64,000 bases of DNA from Deltaproteobacteria bacterium (lineage in GTDB: Bacteria; Myxococcota_A; UBA9160; UBA4427): positions 3,613 to 67,612 of the forward strand of contig JAFDDH010000001.1 in NCBI GenBank assembly GCA_019310975.1, given 5' to 3'. Shown in pieces: positions 28,323 through 39,165 of this stretch. Both the position numbers and the translations under genes were made by a program. A model generated the notes under the pieces. That model saw only the letters and a program-made list of their open reading frames with translations, was not told where the DNA came from and searched no databases. Each line of letters begins with the position of its first letter. Position 1 is the first letter of the stretch.

Positions 28323-30374
28323 CTATTGCACGTAGCCCAGCGCCCGCAGTCGCTCGATCTCCTCGACCGTGGCCTCGCGCCCGGGTGCCCCATCCTGGAC
28401 CTGCGATTGCGTGAGCGGCGGCAGGAAGTGCACGAGATCCGAGACGGCTTCGGGGGCCGCCGACGCCTGGTCGTGGCGTTCTTCGGAGTCCTCGCGCAGG
28501 TGGTAGAGCTCGGTCACGCCCGAGCGGTCGATCAGCTTCGCGTGGCCCAGAACGACGGCGCGTGAGGGCGTGCGCTCGGCCATCGTCAAGCGCACGTCGC
28601 CGTAGAGTTCGATCTGCACTGGAGCCAGGTCGATCTCTGCGCGCAGATCGCGGCCGCGCCCGAGCGGCGCTGCGCCGGCGAGTGCGCTCAGCGTGGCTGT
28701 CACGTCGATCAGGCTGACCGCTGCGTCGTGGCGGGTGACGTACGCGCCCAGTGGCGGGTGGATCAAGAGCGGGATCCGGACCTCTTCGTTGAACACATTG
28801 GTTCCGTGACCCTCGGTACCGTGCTCGCCGAAGGACTCGCCGTGGTCGGCCGTGATCACGAGCCAGATGCGATCGAGAATGCCTCGCTCCTCGAGCTGCT
28901 CGAGCAACTCAGCCAGCGCCGCGTCGAGCGCAAGGATTTCCTCGTCGTAACGGTCCGTCTGCCTGCTGCGCCCTCGCTCCGGATCGGAGAACCTGCCGCG
29001 GTAGGGCGGGCGAGCGGCGAAGGGCCAATGGGCTTCCATGTAGTTGCCGAGCAGGAAGCACTGCATGTTTTCGCAGCTCTCCAGGTAGCGGATGATCTCG
29101 TGATTGACTGCCGACGCCGGTGGATAGGCCTTGATCAGGTGCGCGAACGCCCAGGGAGCGAAGCGGGCGCGCAGCGCCTCTCCGAGCAGCGAGAGCTTGC
29201 CTGGCGAGCGCGGCACGACGACCTGATCGAAGCCGCGGTCCATGCCATTGAAGTAGGTGATCTGGGCGTTGGCCAGGATCGCCGCGGTCGCGTAGCCGCG
29301 CTCGCGCAGAACCTCGGCCAGGGTTGTCCTGGCAATCAGGCCGTCGTCGGGGGAGAGGGTGTGCCGCAGGTCCAGCAGGCGACCGGCGTGTGCACCGTGC
29401 GACGAGGGCAGCTCGCCAGTGAAGAGCGAGGCATGCGCCGGCAGCGTCCATGAGCTGGGAGAGATCGCAAGCGGGAAGACGACCGCCCGCTGGTGATCCT
29501 CGACGAAGCGCCGCAGATTTGGCGTGGTGTCGCGCTCGTAGCCGTATAGAGAGAGGCGGTCGGCGCGCACCGTATCGAGGACCAGGACGACGATCGAGGG
29601 CGGCGCTTCGCCCGCAGTCGCGAGCCCGGAGGAGGCCTGGGTTGCCGGGGCGACGCGCTGATCCGTGGAGGCACCGGTCAGGGCCAGTGGCACGAGGGCG
29701 ACCATTGCCGCCAGCAATAGTGCGGAGATCAGTGACTCCGAAGGCAGGCGCGGAGTCGTGGCTCGCAGCCGCGTGTAGAGCGAGTGGCCAGCGAGAATCC
29801 CGCCGAGAGCGGCGATCAGCATCAGGCTGTACGGCCATTTCGTTGGCCGCGCGAATCCCAGAAAGCCGGAGAGCCGCGGCAGGATCACGGCCGAAAAGGA
29901 GAACGCCAGGCCAACGGCGAGCCCCGCGCTGACCGGGCGGGTCCGCTGCCGGTCGCGCAGCTCGAGTGCCAGCAGGCTGGCCCCGGCCACGAGCGCGGCG
30001 AACCACAGGCTCCGCGGTGCAAACATGAAGATATCCAGGGGGATCGCGCAGCCCACCCAGGCCGCCAACGCCAGCTCGACACGTCGCGGACCCCAACCGA
30101 AGACCAGGCCGATGACGAGGGCGCAAAGAGCGGTGAGCCCGAGGCAGAAGAGGACATAGTCCAGGGGCGGGCTCCAACCCCGCGCGACGGATACCCCTGC
30201 GTCGAACGCGAAGGCGGCGGCGGCGGCCACCGCGACGGCGACGATCGCGTCGCGCAGGCCCGGACGCCGAGATTCGCTCGCATCTCCCAAATCGGTCTTT
30301 CCTTCTGGTCGAGCTGGTCGAGCTGGTCGAGCTGCGTGCTCCGCGTAGCCGCGAGCGCGAATCTCGCTGTGCAA
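28323..30374 (-). CDS. Multi-TM sulfatase-like (alkaline phosphatase superfamily) protein
   Basis: N-terminal TMs; LDTVRAD, WTLPAHASLFTG, TADHGE, LRALGY; start uncertain. Confidence 0.87.
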   Translation of the reverse strand: MHSEIRARGYAEHAARPARPARPEGKTDLGDASESRRPGLRDAIVAVAVAAAAAFAFDAGVSVARGWSPPLDYVLFCLGLTALCALVIGLVFGWGPRRVELALAAWVGCAIPLDIFMFAPRSLWFAALVAGASLLALELRDRQRTRPVSAGLAVGLAFSFSAVILPRLSGFLGFARPTKWPYSLMLIAALGGILAGHSLYTRLRATTPRLPSESLISALLLAAMVALVPLALTGASTDQRVAPATQASSGLATAGEAPPSIVVLVLDTVRADRLSLYGYERDTTPNLRRFVEDHQRAVVFPLAISPSSWTLPAHASLFTGELPSSHGAHAGRLLDLRHTLSPDDGLIARTTLAEVLRERGYATAAILANAQITYFNGMDRGFDQVVVPRSPGKLSLLGEALRARFAPWAFAHLIKAYPPASAVNHEIIRYLESCENMQCFLLGNYMEAHWPFAARPPYRGRFSDPERGRSRQTDRYDEEILALDAALAELLEQLEERGILDRIWLVITADHGESFGEHGTEGHGTNVFNEEVRIPLLIHPPLGAYVTRHDAAVSLIDVTATLSALAGAAPLGRGRDLRAEIDLAPVQIELYGDVRLTMAERTPSRAVVLGHAKLIDRSGVTELYHLREDSEERHDQASAAPEAVSDLVHFLPPLTQSQVQDGAPGREATVEEIERLRALGYVQ
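30305..30334. repeat. 9-bp tandem repeat x3
   Basis: CTGGTCGAG x3 + CTG. Confidence 0.9.
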
Positions 30375-30403
30375 CGATCTGGGCCGAAGAGCTGAGCCGA
30401 AGA

Positions 30404-32200
30404 CTACTGTACAGTCCGGCGCCGACTGCCGTCTAGGTCGATCTGAGCCGCGCCGGACGCATTGTCATGTGAGGGTTCAGGGGTCCACGGCGACGACGAT
30501 TCCGCGGGCGCCCGGCGATACATCGTCTCGCCGCCGATGATCGTCTCGACGACTTCGATCGCATCGATCCGTGTGGGATCCTCGAGGGGCGAGCGCGACA
30601 GGATCACGAGATCGGCGAGCTTCCCGATCTCGATCGATCCCTTCACGCTCTCTTCGAAGTGCTGCCAGGCCGCGTCGATGGTGACCGCACGGAGCGCCTG
30701 CATCGGCGTGATCCGTTCGTCGGGCCCGAGGGTAAAGCCACTTCGGGTCCTGCGATTCGTCGCCGCCCACACCAGGCGCAGCGGCTCGATCGGAACGACG
30801 GGTGAATCCGCATGGATCGTGAATCGCAGCCCTCTTTCCAGCGCGGAGGCCGCAGGGCTGATGCGTGCTGCGCGCTCCGGCCCCATGAAGACGTTGCGGT
30901 GACGGTCGCCCCAATAGAAAGTGTGCAGACTGAAGAAGCTCGGCACGATGGCCAGCTCCGCCATGCGATCCAGCTGGTCCGGTCGGGTCATCTGAGCGTG
31001 GATGATGATATGCCGGCTGTCGCGACGCGGATGATCTCGCTGTGCCCGCTCGTAGGCAGCGAGAATATCGTCGATGGAGGCGTCGCCGTTGCCGTGGACG
31101 GCGAGTTGAAGCCCGGCCGCATGCAGGCGTCCGACCTGCTCGATCAGATCGGCCCGGGCGATGCGTGGATAGCCGCGATAGCTCGGGTCATCGCCCGGGG
31201 GCACGAAATAGGGCTCGCTCAGATAGCCCGTATATCCCTGGATCGATCCGTCGGCGATCAGCTTGACCGCGCCGATGCGGATCCGCAGCAGGTCCCAGGT
31301 CGGTGCATCGATCTCCCCGGCCGCGATCGCGTCGGCCGCCTCGGGGACAGGCCAGACGATCAGCCGAAGCGGGATGAGTCCGAGCCACGCCGCCCAGTCG
31401 AAGAACTGGATCAGACCGGCTGTCGTCGCGCCGCTCTGCGCGGTGGTCACGCCGTTCTTCAGGTAGAGATCGCCGGCTCGGTCCAGAATGCGCAGGCCGT
31501 CCAGACCAGAGGGTTGCAGCTGGTTCTGGAGCGGCTCCATGGCCATCTCTTCCAGGACGCCATTGGGCTCGCGACTCCCGGACTCGCGACGGATCAGTCC
31601 TCCCTCGGGATCCGGTGTCGACGCGTCGATCGCGCTGGCGGCGAGCCCGGCGCTGTTCAGGACGCCCAGATGACCCGAGACATGCAGGATCCCGATCGGA
31701 TGCTCGGTCGAAGCGCGGTCCAGATCGCGGCGCGTTGGATGACGCTTGTCGGCGAGCAGCGTGTCGTCGTAGCCGATGCCGACGATCCATTCCGCTTTCG
31801 GCGTGGACTCGGCGCGCTCCGCGAGCTTGGCCACGAGTCCATCGATATCCTCGACACCGCTGATCGGCGGACTGTTGAGATCGACGAAGACCGCGGTGAG
31901 GCCGGCGCCCGGGAAGTGGCCGTGCGCATCGATGAAGCCCGGAAGCAGGGCCCGACCCTCGAGATCGACGACCTCGGGATGCGCGACATCCGCCCAGGCC
32001 TGGACCTCGGCTCGTGTCCCGACGGCGGCGATCCGACCGTTCTCCACGCCGACCGCTTCGGCGATGCGATTGCCGGCATCCATCGTGAGGATCGGTCCGC
32101 CGTGGTAGAGCTTGGCGCCCGGCCGAGGATTGCTCCGCGCCACGAAGAAGACGACGAGCAGAGCCACGATGGCAAAGAGGATGATTCGACGGCCGCGCAC
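30404..32200 (-). CDS. Amidohydrolase 3 (YtcJ-like), exported
   Basis: PGFIDAHGH, KLIADGS, HGNGD, IIHAQ, GSIEIGKLADLVIL; N-terminal TM. Confidence 0.9.
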   Translation of the reverse strand: MRGRRIILFAIVALLVVFFVARSNPRPGAKLYHGGPILTMDAGNRIAEAVGVENGRIAAVGTRAEVQAWADVAHPEVVDLEGRALLPGFIDAHGHFPGAGLTAVFVDLNSPPISGVEDIDGLVAKLAERAESTPKAEWIVGIGYDDTLLADKRHPTRRDLDRASTEHPIGILHVSGHLGVLNSAGLAASAIDASTPDPEGGLIRRESGSREPNGVLEEMAMEPLQNQLQPSGLDGLRILDRAGDLYLKNGVTTAQSGATTAGLIQFFDWAAWLGLIPLRLIVWPVPEAADAIAAGEIDAPTWDLLRIRIGAVKLIADGSIQGYTGYLSEPYFVPPGDDPSYRGYPRIARADLIEQVGRLHAAGLQLAVHGNGDASIDDILAAYERAQRDHPRRDSRHIIIHAQMTRPDQLDRMAELAIVPSFFSLHTFYWGDRHRNVFMGPERAARISPAASALERGLRFTIHADSPVVPIEPLRLVWAATNRRTRSGFTLGPDERITPMQALRAVTIDAAWQHFEESVKGSIEIGKLADLVILSRSPLEDPTRIDAIEVVETIIGGETMYRRAPAESSSPWTPEPSHDNASGAAQIDLDGSRRRTVQ

Positions 32201-32373
32201 GCGGCAAGCGTAGCCCGACGGAGCCCATCAACGAGGCCGGAACGTGGCCAATCAGGCGAGGGCGAACGTTCATGCAGGGCCCCCTGCATTGCGACCCGAC
32301 TCGTTGCGGACGATCAGCGCACCCCGCCCGGCCTGCGGACGACCGGCATGCGTCCATTCGGTACCCTCACGCC

Positions 32374-33540
32374 ATGGTGCAGCAGGGCGGGCCCGAGGCC
32401 CCGATCTATCTCGACCACCACGCCACCACACCCGTGGATCCCCGTGTCCTCGAGGCGATGCTCCCCTATCTGAGAGAGGATTTCGGCAATGCCGCCAGCA
32501 GCGCGCACGTCTACGGCTGGCGCGCCGAGGCCGCCGTCGAGGACGCGCGCGAGCGCATCGCCGCCGCCATCGGTGCGGAGCCGCGCGAGGTGGTCTGGAC
32601 CAGCGGAGCCACCGAGAGCAACAATCTGGCGATCCTGGGTGCCGCGGAGGCATCGCGCCGCCGTCGCCGCGTCGTCACGGTGACCAGCGAGCATCCCGCC
32701 GTGCTCGACCCCTGCCGCTACCTCGCTCGCCAGGGTAGCGACTTGATCGAGTTGGCGGTGGACGGCCGCGGTTTGCTCGACCCCGCGGCCGTCGAGGCGG
32801 CGCTGAGCGAGGATACCCTGCTCGTCTCGGTGATGGCGGCCAACAATGAGATCGGCGTCCTGCAGCCGATCGATGAGATCGGCCGGCTCTGCCGCGCGCG
32901 TGGGGTGCTCTTTCATACGGATGCCGCGCAGGCGGTCGGCAGGATTCCCATCGACGTCGATGCAGCCTGCATCGACCTGCTCTCCATCTCGGGCCACAAG
33001 ATCTATGGACCCAAAGGCGTGGGCGCGCTCTTCGTTCGCTCGCGCCGGCCGCGCGCGCGCATTGCGCCGCGCCAGCATGGCGGTGGGCACGAGCGCGGCC
33101 TGCGTTCGGGCACGCTGCCCGTGCCCCTCATCGTGGGCATGGCGCGTGCGCTCGAGCTCTGCCTTGCTGAGCGCGAGGCCGAGGCAGCGCGCCTGCTGGC
33201 GCTGCGCGATCGGCTCTGGCAGCGGCTCGAGGCGGAGCTGCCCGGCCTGCGCATCAATGGCGATACCCGGCGCCGCCTGCCCGGCAACCTCAACGTCGCC
33301 TTCGAGGATGTGGACGGCGAGCGGCTCCTGCTGGCACTCTCGGGTGTAGCGGTCTCGTCGGGCTCGGCCTGCGCGTCCGCCAGGCCCGAGCCGAGCCACG
33401 TACTCGCCGCCATCGGTCTGCCCGAGAAGCTGGCCCGCGCCTCGCTGCGCTTCGGCCTGGGTCGTGGCACGACGGAGGATGAGATCGACCGTGCGGCGGC
33501 GCGCGTCATCGACGAGGTGCGCAAGGAGCGCGGCATCTGA
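32374..33540 (+). CDS. iscS: Cysteine desulfurase
   Basis: IYLDHHATTP, TSGATESNN, HTDAAQ, SGHKIYGPKG, SSGSAC. Confidence 0.92.
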   Translation: MVQQGGPEAPIYLDHHATTPVDPRVLEAMLPYLREDFGNAASSAHVYGWRAEAAVEDARERIAAAIGAEPREVVWTSGATESNNLAILGAAEASRRRRRVVTVTSEHPAVLDPCRYLARQGSDLIELAVDGRGLLDPAAVEAALSEDTLLVSVMAANNEIGVLQPIDEIGRLCRARGVLFHTDAAQAVGRIPIDVDAACIDLLSISGHKIYGPKGVGALFVRSRRPRARIAPRQHGGGHERGLRSGTLPVPLIVGMARALELCLAEREAEAARLLALRDRLWQRLEAELPGLRINGDTRRRLPGNLNVAFEDVDGERLLLALSGVAVSSGSACASARPEPSHVLAAIGLPEKLARASLRFGLGRGTTEDEIDRAAARVIDEVRKERGI

Positions 33541-33791
33541 GTCGGCAGATCTCTTGCCCCCAGGGTGATCCCGCGTCGGTCGGGCGCCCGGGTCCCCATC
33601 CGGCTACTCTCCGGCCCGCGCACACCGCGGTCGGCGGGCCTCGTCGACGCGCTCAGCGCGCCTCTCGGATCCAGACCGATTCAGGCGTATGGCTCTGGAG
33701 AATGGCGTGCGGTGAGCCAGCGCGGGCGCCTACTCGCGGCGCCCCGAGCCCATCCCCTGCATATCATGATTACGAGAGAGGAAACAGGAAC

Positions 33792-34403
33792 TTGCCCGAT
33801 CCCAAATCCAAGAACCTCACCTGGCACGAGGGTCAGGTCGGCCGCACCGAGCGCGAGCAGCAGCTCGGCCAGCGCGGCTGCTCGATCTGGCTCACCGGGC
33901 TCTCGGGCTCCGGAAAGTCCACCCTTGCAGTGGCCGCCGAAAAGGCGCTCCACGACCGCGGCCGGCTCACCTACATCCTGGACGGCGACAACATCCGACA
34001 GGGGCTGAACAGCAACCTGGGGTTCTCGCCCCAGGATCGCACGGAGAACATCCGGCGCATTGGCGAGGTCGGCAAGCTCTTCACGGACTCCGGCGTCATC
34101 GTCTTCTCTTCGTTCATTTCTCCCTACCGGGCCGATCGCGACCAGGTCCGGGCGATCATGGCCGACGGGGACTTCATCGAGGCGTACGTGGCCGCCTCGC
34201 TCGAGACCTGCGAGGGCCGCGATGTGAAGGGCCTCTACGCCAAGGCTCGTGCTGGGGAGATCCCCGAGTTCACCGGAATCTCGGCCCCCTATGAGGAGCC
34301 CGAGCAGCCCGAGCTGGTGATCGACACCGACGGCCAGAGCGTGGACGAGAGCGTGGCCGTCCTGATCGAGTATCTCGAGAAGAACGGCTATCTGTCTGCC
34401 TGA
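33792..34403 (+). CDS. cysC: Adenylyl-sulfate kinase
   Basis: WLTGLSGSGKST, LDGDNIR, RDVKGLY, FTGISAPYE; TTG start after AGGA. Confidence 0.95.
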   Translation: MPDPKSKNLTWHEGQVGRTEREQQLGQRGCSIWLTGLSGSGKSTLAVAAEKALHDRGRLTYILDGDNIRQGLNSNLGFSPQDRTENIRRIGEVGKLFTDSGVIVFSSFISPYRADRDQVRAIMADGDFIEAYVAASLETCEGRDVKGLYAKARAGEIPEFTGISAPYEEPEQPELVIDTDGQSVDESVAVLIEYLEKNGYLSA

Positions 34404-34452
34404 GGGGCACTCGGCTCGCAAGCGAAGCCGTCCCCGGGCCGATGGGAGGAGA

Positions 34453-36273
34453 ATGGCGGGCGGCACTGACAGGACGGTCGGGCAGCGATGTCGGCGGATC
34501 GCCGCTGTGCTCCCGCTCGTGCTGGCCGCGATCAGCCTGGGGACCGGCTGCGCTACCCAGTCGGCCGGCGGGTTGGCCGAGCGGACGGCCCCGACCCCGG
34601 CGCAGGCCCGGCCGGAGCGGCCGGAGCTCGGATCCGACTACGACACCCTGGTGGCCGAGCTGGCCACCCGCGACGGCGACTACATGGGTGCGCGCCGTGC
34701 ATTCGAGCGCGCAGTGGCGAAGGATCCCGGCTCCGCGTGGCTGCACTTCCGATTGGCTCGGCTGGCGGCGCAGACCGACGACCTGGCCGTGGCACTCATC
34801 CAGGCCGAGAAGGGACACGCCCTCGACCCGGACGACGTCGACGGTCGCATCTTCCTGGCGCGCCTCTACCGGCTGAATCGCGATCTGGCCTCCGTCGCCC
34901 GCGTGCTCACCGATGATGCCGGAAAACCGGTCAGCTCATCGGCGGCTCTGCTGCTGCAGCAGGTCTACCTGGAAGGCGGGCAGCTCGATCAGGCGCTCGC
35001 CGTCAGCCAGGGGCTGACGCGCAGCGATCCCGACAATCTCGCCGGCTACATGGCGGTGGCCACGGTGTATGAGCGGCTCGGCCGCTTCGACGAGGCCGAG
35101 GCTGCGCTTCGCGCGGCCCTCGACCGCCACCCGAATCGCTTCGTCATCTACTCACGCCTGGCGCGCATGCAGCGCGCACGGAAGGATCGGTCGGGCGAGA
35201 TCGAGATCTATCGCGAGGTGTTGTCCGAGTACCCGAACCACTACGGAACGCTGGTGAGCCTCGGTGAGGCACAGATCGCGGACAACGACATCGAGGGCGC
35301 GATCGAGACCTACCGCGAGATCGCCCGCGCCTTCCCCGAGGATCTGCAGGTGGTTCGACGGCTCGCATCGCTCGAGTTCGGGGCCGGCCACTACGAGGCC
35401 TCCGCCCGGCGGCTGCGCGACGCGGCAGCGCGATATCCCGACCACTACGAGTTCGCCTATTCGCTCGGACAGGTGCTGCGCGGGCTCGGAGAGGACGACG
35501 AGGCGCTCGCGGTCTTCGATACGATCCCGAAGACCCACGCGCTCTACGTCGAGGCACGCATGCAGAGCGCAGTGATTCTCGAGGACCAGGAGCGCTTCGC
35601 GGAGGCACTCGTCGAGATCGATGCGCTGCGTGTGCTGCGTCCCGACCGTGGCCTCGATTATCACGCGGCTTCGCTGCGCGCGCGCACGGGAGATTTTGCG
35701 GGTGGCGTGGCCATGCTGGAGGCCATACGGGTCGAGAACCCCGCCGACGACGAGGTGCTCTACCAGCTCGGCGTGCTCCACGGCCTGCACGGCGATAGCG
35801 ATCAGGCGCTCGAGTACATGCAGGCGGTGCTCGGGCACAATCCGGACAACGCGCAGGCGTTGAACTACATCGGTTATACGTGGGCCGAGCAGGGCCAGAA
35901 GCTCGACGAAGCCGAGCGGCTCATCAAGCTGGCATTGCAGCTCAGCCCACGCGACGGCTACATCGCCGATAGCCTCGGCTGGGTCTACTACATGCGGGCG
36001 CGGCCGATGATGGGCGGTGACCTCGAGGCCGAGGGCCGAGCATTGCTCGAGCTGGCCGTGGAGCAGCTCGACCTGGCCGTCGAGCTGACGGGTGGGGATC
36101 CAGTGGTGAGCGAGCACCTGGGTGACGTCTACCTGCTGCTCGAAGACCGAAAGCGAGCGCTCGACTACTACGAAGAGGCCGTGGAGCTGAAGCCGCGCGA
36201 GGACGAGCAGCCCGATCTGATGGACAAGCTCGATCAGCTGCGCGGAGAGATCGGATCCGGGGCGTCGAGATGA
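34453..36273 (+). CDS. TPR-repeat lipoprotein
   Basis: Lipobox LGTGC; many TPRs; ALNYIGYTWAE, DSLGWVYY, EHLGDVY. Confidence 0.9.
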   Translation: MAGGTDRTVGQRCRRIAAVLPLVLAAISLGTGCATQSAGGLAERTAPTPAQARPERPELGSDYDTLVAELATRDGDYMGARRAFERAVAKDPGSAWLHFRLARLAAQTDDLAVALIQAEKGHALDPDDVDGRIFLARLYRLNRDLASVARVLTDDAGKPVSSSAALLLQQVYLEGGQLDQALAVSQGLTRSDPDNLAGYMAVATVYERLGRFDEAEAALRAALDRHPNRFVIYSRLARMQRARKDRSGEIEIYREVLSEYPNHYGTLVSLGEAQIADNDIEGAIETYREIARAFPEDLQVVRRLASLEFGAGHYEASARRLRDAAARYPDHYEFAYSLGQVLRGLGEDDEALAVFDTIPKTHALYVEARMQSAVILEDQERFAEALVEIDALRVLRPDRGLDYHAASLRARTGDFAGGVAMLEAIRVENPADDEVLYQLGVLHGLHGDSDQALEYMQAVLGHNPDNAQALNYIGYTWAEQGQKLDEAERLIKLALQLSPRDGYIADSLGWVYYMRARPMMGGDLEAEGRALLELAVEQLDLAVELTGGDPVVSEHLGDVYLLLEDRKRALDYYEEAVELKPREDEQPDLMDKLDQLRGEIGSGASR

Positions 36274-36298
36274 ACGTGAAAGTGGGGGAGGGCGCATC

Positions 36299-37114
36299 TT
36301 GAGACGGGCCGTGGCCCTGCTCTTTCCGCTCTCCTTCTTGCTCGCCTGTCGGACCCCGATGCCTGCGGTGCCGCTTCCGGCCGACGATCCACGGCCCCAC
36401 GTGCTGCTCGAGAGCCTGCGCGAGCGCGCGGAGGGCCGCACGGCGCTGCGCGCTCGCGCGAAGCTCGACCTTTCGTCGCCCGACCTGCGCGTGAGCCGAC
36501 CGCAGCGTATGGCAGTCGCCCGCCCGCTGCGGCTGCGCGTCGAGGTGATCGGACTCTTCAATCAGCTCGCGGCCATCCTCGTCACCAATGGGCATGTCTA
36601 TCAGGTCTACGATGCACGCTCGGCGCATCTGGAGGAGGGCATCGTCAGCGAGGGGCTGCTCTGGCGCGTCGCGCGGGTGGATCTCTCCCCCTCCGAGGCG
36701 GTGGACATCCTGCTCGGGGCGCCGCTGCCGGCAAGCGGATTGTCGACCGGATCGGCGCGTATCTATGCGGATGGCGGCATTGCCGTCGACCGCCATGACG
36801 CCGCCAGCGTGGTGCGCCAGCGCTTCGTCTTCGACACTCGCGGGCAGCTCGCCGTGATGGAGAGCTTCGATGTAGCCGGCGATCTCGCCTGGCGCGCGCG
36901 CTTCTCTCGTTACAAGAAGGTGCCGGCGCCGGGCGGCGGCGACGAAAGCTTTGCGTTCGACGTGGCCCTCGACTTTCCGCGCGTGCAGGCCGAAGCGCAT
37001 CTCTCCTTCAAACGGGTGGACCTCGTGCGCAGTCTGCCCGACGATCTCTTCATCCTCGAGTTGCCGGACCGCTCGACCCGCGCGGATCCGGCCGGGGAGG
37101 AGACACGACTTTGA
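36299..37114 (+). CDS. LolB-like/DUF4292 lipoprotein
   Basis: Lipobox LLAC; RPLRLRVEVIGLF; position after the TPR gene. Confidence 0.65.
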   Translation: MRRAVALLFPLSFLLACRTPMPAVPLPADDPRPHVLLESLRERAEGRTALRARAKLDLSSPDLRVSRPQRMAVARPLRLRVEVIGLFNQLAAILVTNGHVYQVYDARSAHLEEGIVSEGLLWRVARVDLSPSEAVDILLGAPLPASGLSTGSARIYADGGIAVDRHDAASVVRQRFVFDTRGQLAVMESFDVAGDLAWRARFSRYKKVPAPGGGDESFAFDVALDFPRVQAEAHLSFKRVDLVRSLPDDLFILELPDRSTRADPAGEETRL

Positions 37115-39165
37115 CCGGGGGGGCTGGGGTGAGCGGGACGCTGCGGGGGGCGAGGCGACCCGGTCCGGCCTGGGTCGTCATGCTCGTGTGCACGCTGCTC
37201 GCGTGCACCAACAATCCCTATCCGGACGCGGACGCCGACAAGAAGATTCTCTACACGAGCTTCCGCGAGGCACCGCGCACCCTCGACCCGGCCGTCGCCT
37301 ATACGACGTCCGCCCACGCGATCACCGGCGCCGTCTACGAGACTCTGCTCGAGTACCACTACCTCAAGCGTCCCTACACGCTCATCCCCGGGCTCGCCGC
37401 GGGTCTGCCCGACACACGCTCCGATGCCGAGGGTGTGACGGTCTACCGCTTCGAATTGCGCCCCGGCGTCCTCTATCAGGAGGATCCGAGCTTTGGGCTC
37501 GGCGGCGCGGGGCGGACGACGCGCGAGGTCAGCACTGCCGACATCGAATTCCAGCTGATGCGGCTCGCGGATCCAGCGGTGAACAGCCCCGTCGTCGAGC
37601 CCCTTTCCAACGTGCTGGGCTTCCGCGACTTTGGCGAGCGCCTGCGGGTACGGCGCGAGGCCGAGCCCGAGTTCGCAACTCTGCCGGCGCACGAGCAGTA
37701 CGCCGACGTGGGGCCGATCGAGGGAGTGGTGGTCGATGCGCCGCTCGGCCTGGCCGTATATGTCGCGAGCGACTATCCGCAGATCCTGTATTGGTTCGCC
37801 ATGCCCTTCACGACGCCGATGCCGTGGGAGGCGGTCCAGTATTATGACGGTGAAGACGGTCGTCCACGCCTGGCCGACCACCCCGTCGGTGCCGGGCCCT
37901 ATGTGCTGGCCGAGTATGACAAGCAGGCCCGCTACGTGTTGGACGTGAACCCGAATTGGTATGGGGTGCGGCATCCCGAGTGGAAGGCGCCGGCCGCCAC
38001 CTATCCGAGCGAGGGAGAGCCCGAGGATCTCGCCGCCGGACGCCTCGACCCGGCGTACGTGGGGCGGCCGCTGCCCTTCATCGAGCGCCTCGAGGCCCGT
38101 CGTGAGAAGGAGGCCATCCCCTACTTCAATAAATTCCTGCAGGGCTACTACGACGCCGCCGGCGTGATTCGCGAGAGCTTCGACAAGGTGATCCACGAGG
38201 GCGGTCTATCGGATGAGATGGCCCGGAGGGGGATCTCGCTCGAGAAGAGCGTGGAGCCGACGGTCTTCTATATCGGCTTCAACATGGACGACGAAGTGAT
38301 CGGCACTGTGGCGCAAGAGCCCGGTCGAAAGCTGCGACAGGCCATGAGCCTGGTGGTCGACACCGAGGAGTACAATCGCCTATTCAGCAACGGGCGCGGC
38401 GTGCCCGCACAGTCGCCGCTGCCGCCTGGCATCTTCGGCTACGACCCAGATTATGTGAACCCCTACCGTCTGGTCGATCTCGAGCGGGCACGCGGGTTGA
38501 TGAAGGCAGCCGGCTACGCGGATGGCATAGATCCCGAAACCGGCAAGCCGCTGACTCTCACTTTCGACACGCCGGATACGAGTGCCCAGGGCCGCCTGCG
38601 TTTCGAGTTCTTCACACACGCGTGGCGGCAGCTCGGCATTGATGTGGAGGTCGCGGCGACCAACTACAACAAATTCCAGGAAAAGGTGCGCAATGGCGCC
38701 TATCAGATCTTCATGTGGGGCTGGGTGGCCGACTATCCGGACCCGGAGAACTTCCTCTTCCTGCTCTGGTCCGACATGGCGCGCTCGGCCTCGGGCGGGC
38801 CGAATACGGCCAACTTCAAGCACCCGCGCTACGACGAGCTCTATCTCGAGATGAAATCGAAGCCCAATGGCGAGGAGCGGATGGTCCTGATCCGCGAGAT
38901 GACCGACATCCTGCAGCGCGAGCGGCCCTGGATCGAGCTCAACCATGCCGAGGACTACGCTCTCTTCCACGACTGGCTCTCGAACGTGAAACCCTTCGGC
39001 ATGTCGTTCCCGACCGTGAAGTATCGCGATCTCGATGCCGGCGCGCGCACGCGCCAGCGTGAGGCGTGGAACGAGCCGGTGCTGTGGCCCCTCTATGCCC
39101 TCATCATCATCTTCGTCGCCGTCACCGTGCCCGGCGTCGTCACCTTCATACGGGAGAGACAGTGA
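37111..39165 (+). CDS. Peptide ABC transporter substrate-binding lipoprotein (family 5) with C-terminal TM
   Basis: LLAC lipobox, PRTLDPA, PVGAGPY, GWVADYPDPENFL; hydrophobic C-terminal helix. Confidence 0.9.
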   Translation: MTGGAGVSGTLRGARRPGPAWVVMLVCTLLACTNNPYPDADADKKILYTSFREAPRTLDPAVAYTTSAHAITGAVYETLLEYHYLKRPYTLIPGLAAGLPDTRSDAEGVTVYRFELRPGVLYQEDPSFGLGGAGRTTREVSTADIEFQLMRLADPAVNSPVVEPLSNVLGFRDFGERLRVRREAEPEFATLPAHEQYADVGPIEGVVVDAPLGLAVYVASDYPQILYWFAMPFTTPMPWEAVQYYDGEDGRPRLADHPVGAGPYVLAEYDKQARYVLDVNPNWYGVRHPEWKAPAATYPSEGEPEDLAAGRLDPAYVGRPLPFIERLEARREKEAIPYFNKFLQGYYDAAGVIRESFDKVIHEGGLSDEMARRGISLEKSVEPTVFYIGFNMDDEVIGTVAQEPGRKLRQAMSLVVDTEEYNRLFSNGRGVPAQSPLPPGIFGYDPDYVNPYRLVDLERARGLMKAAGYADGIDPETGKPLTLTFDTPDTSAQGRLRFEFFTHAWRQLGIDVEVAATNYNKFQEKVRNGAYQIFMWGWVADYPDPENFLFLLWSDMARSASGGPNTANFKHPRYDELYLEMKSKPNGEERMVLIREMTDILQRERPWIELNHAEDYALFHDWLSNVKPFGMSFPTVKYRDLDAGARTRQREAWNEPVLWPLYALIIIFVAVTVPGVVTFIRERQ

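Noticed and set aside
33541-33790. iscS-cysC spacer as a SAM or other riboswitch
   Set aside because: No recognisable conserved riboswitch core
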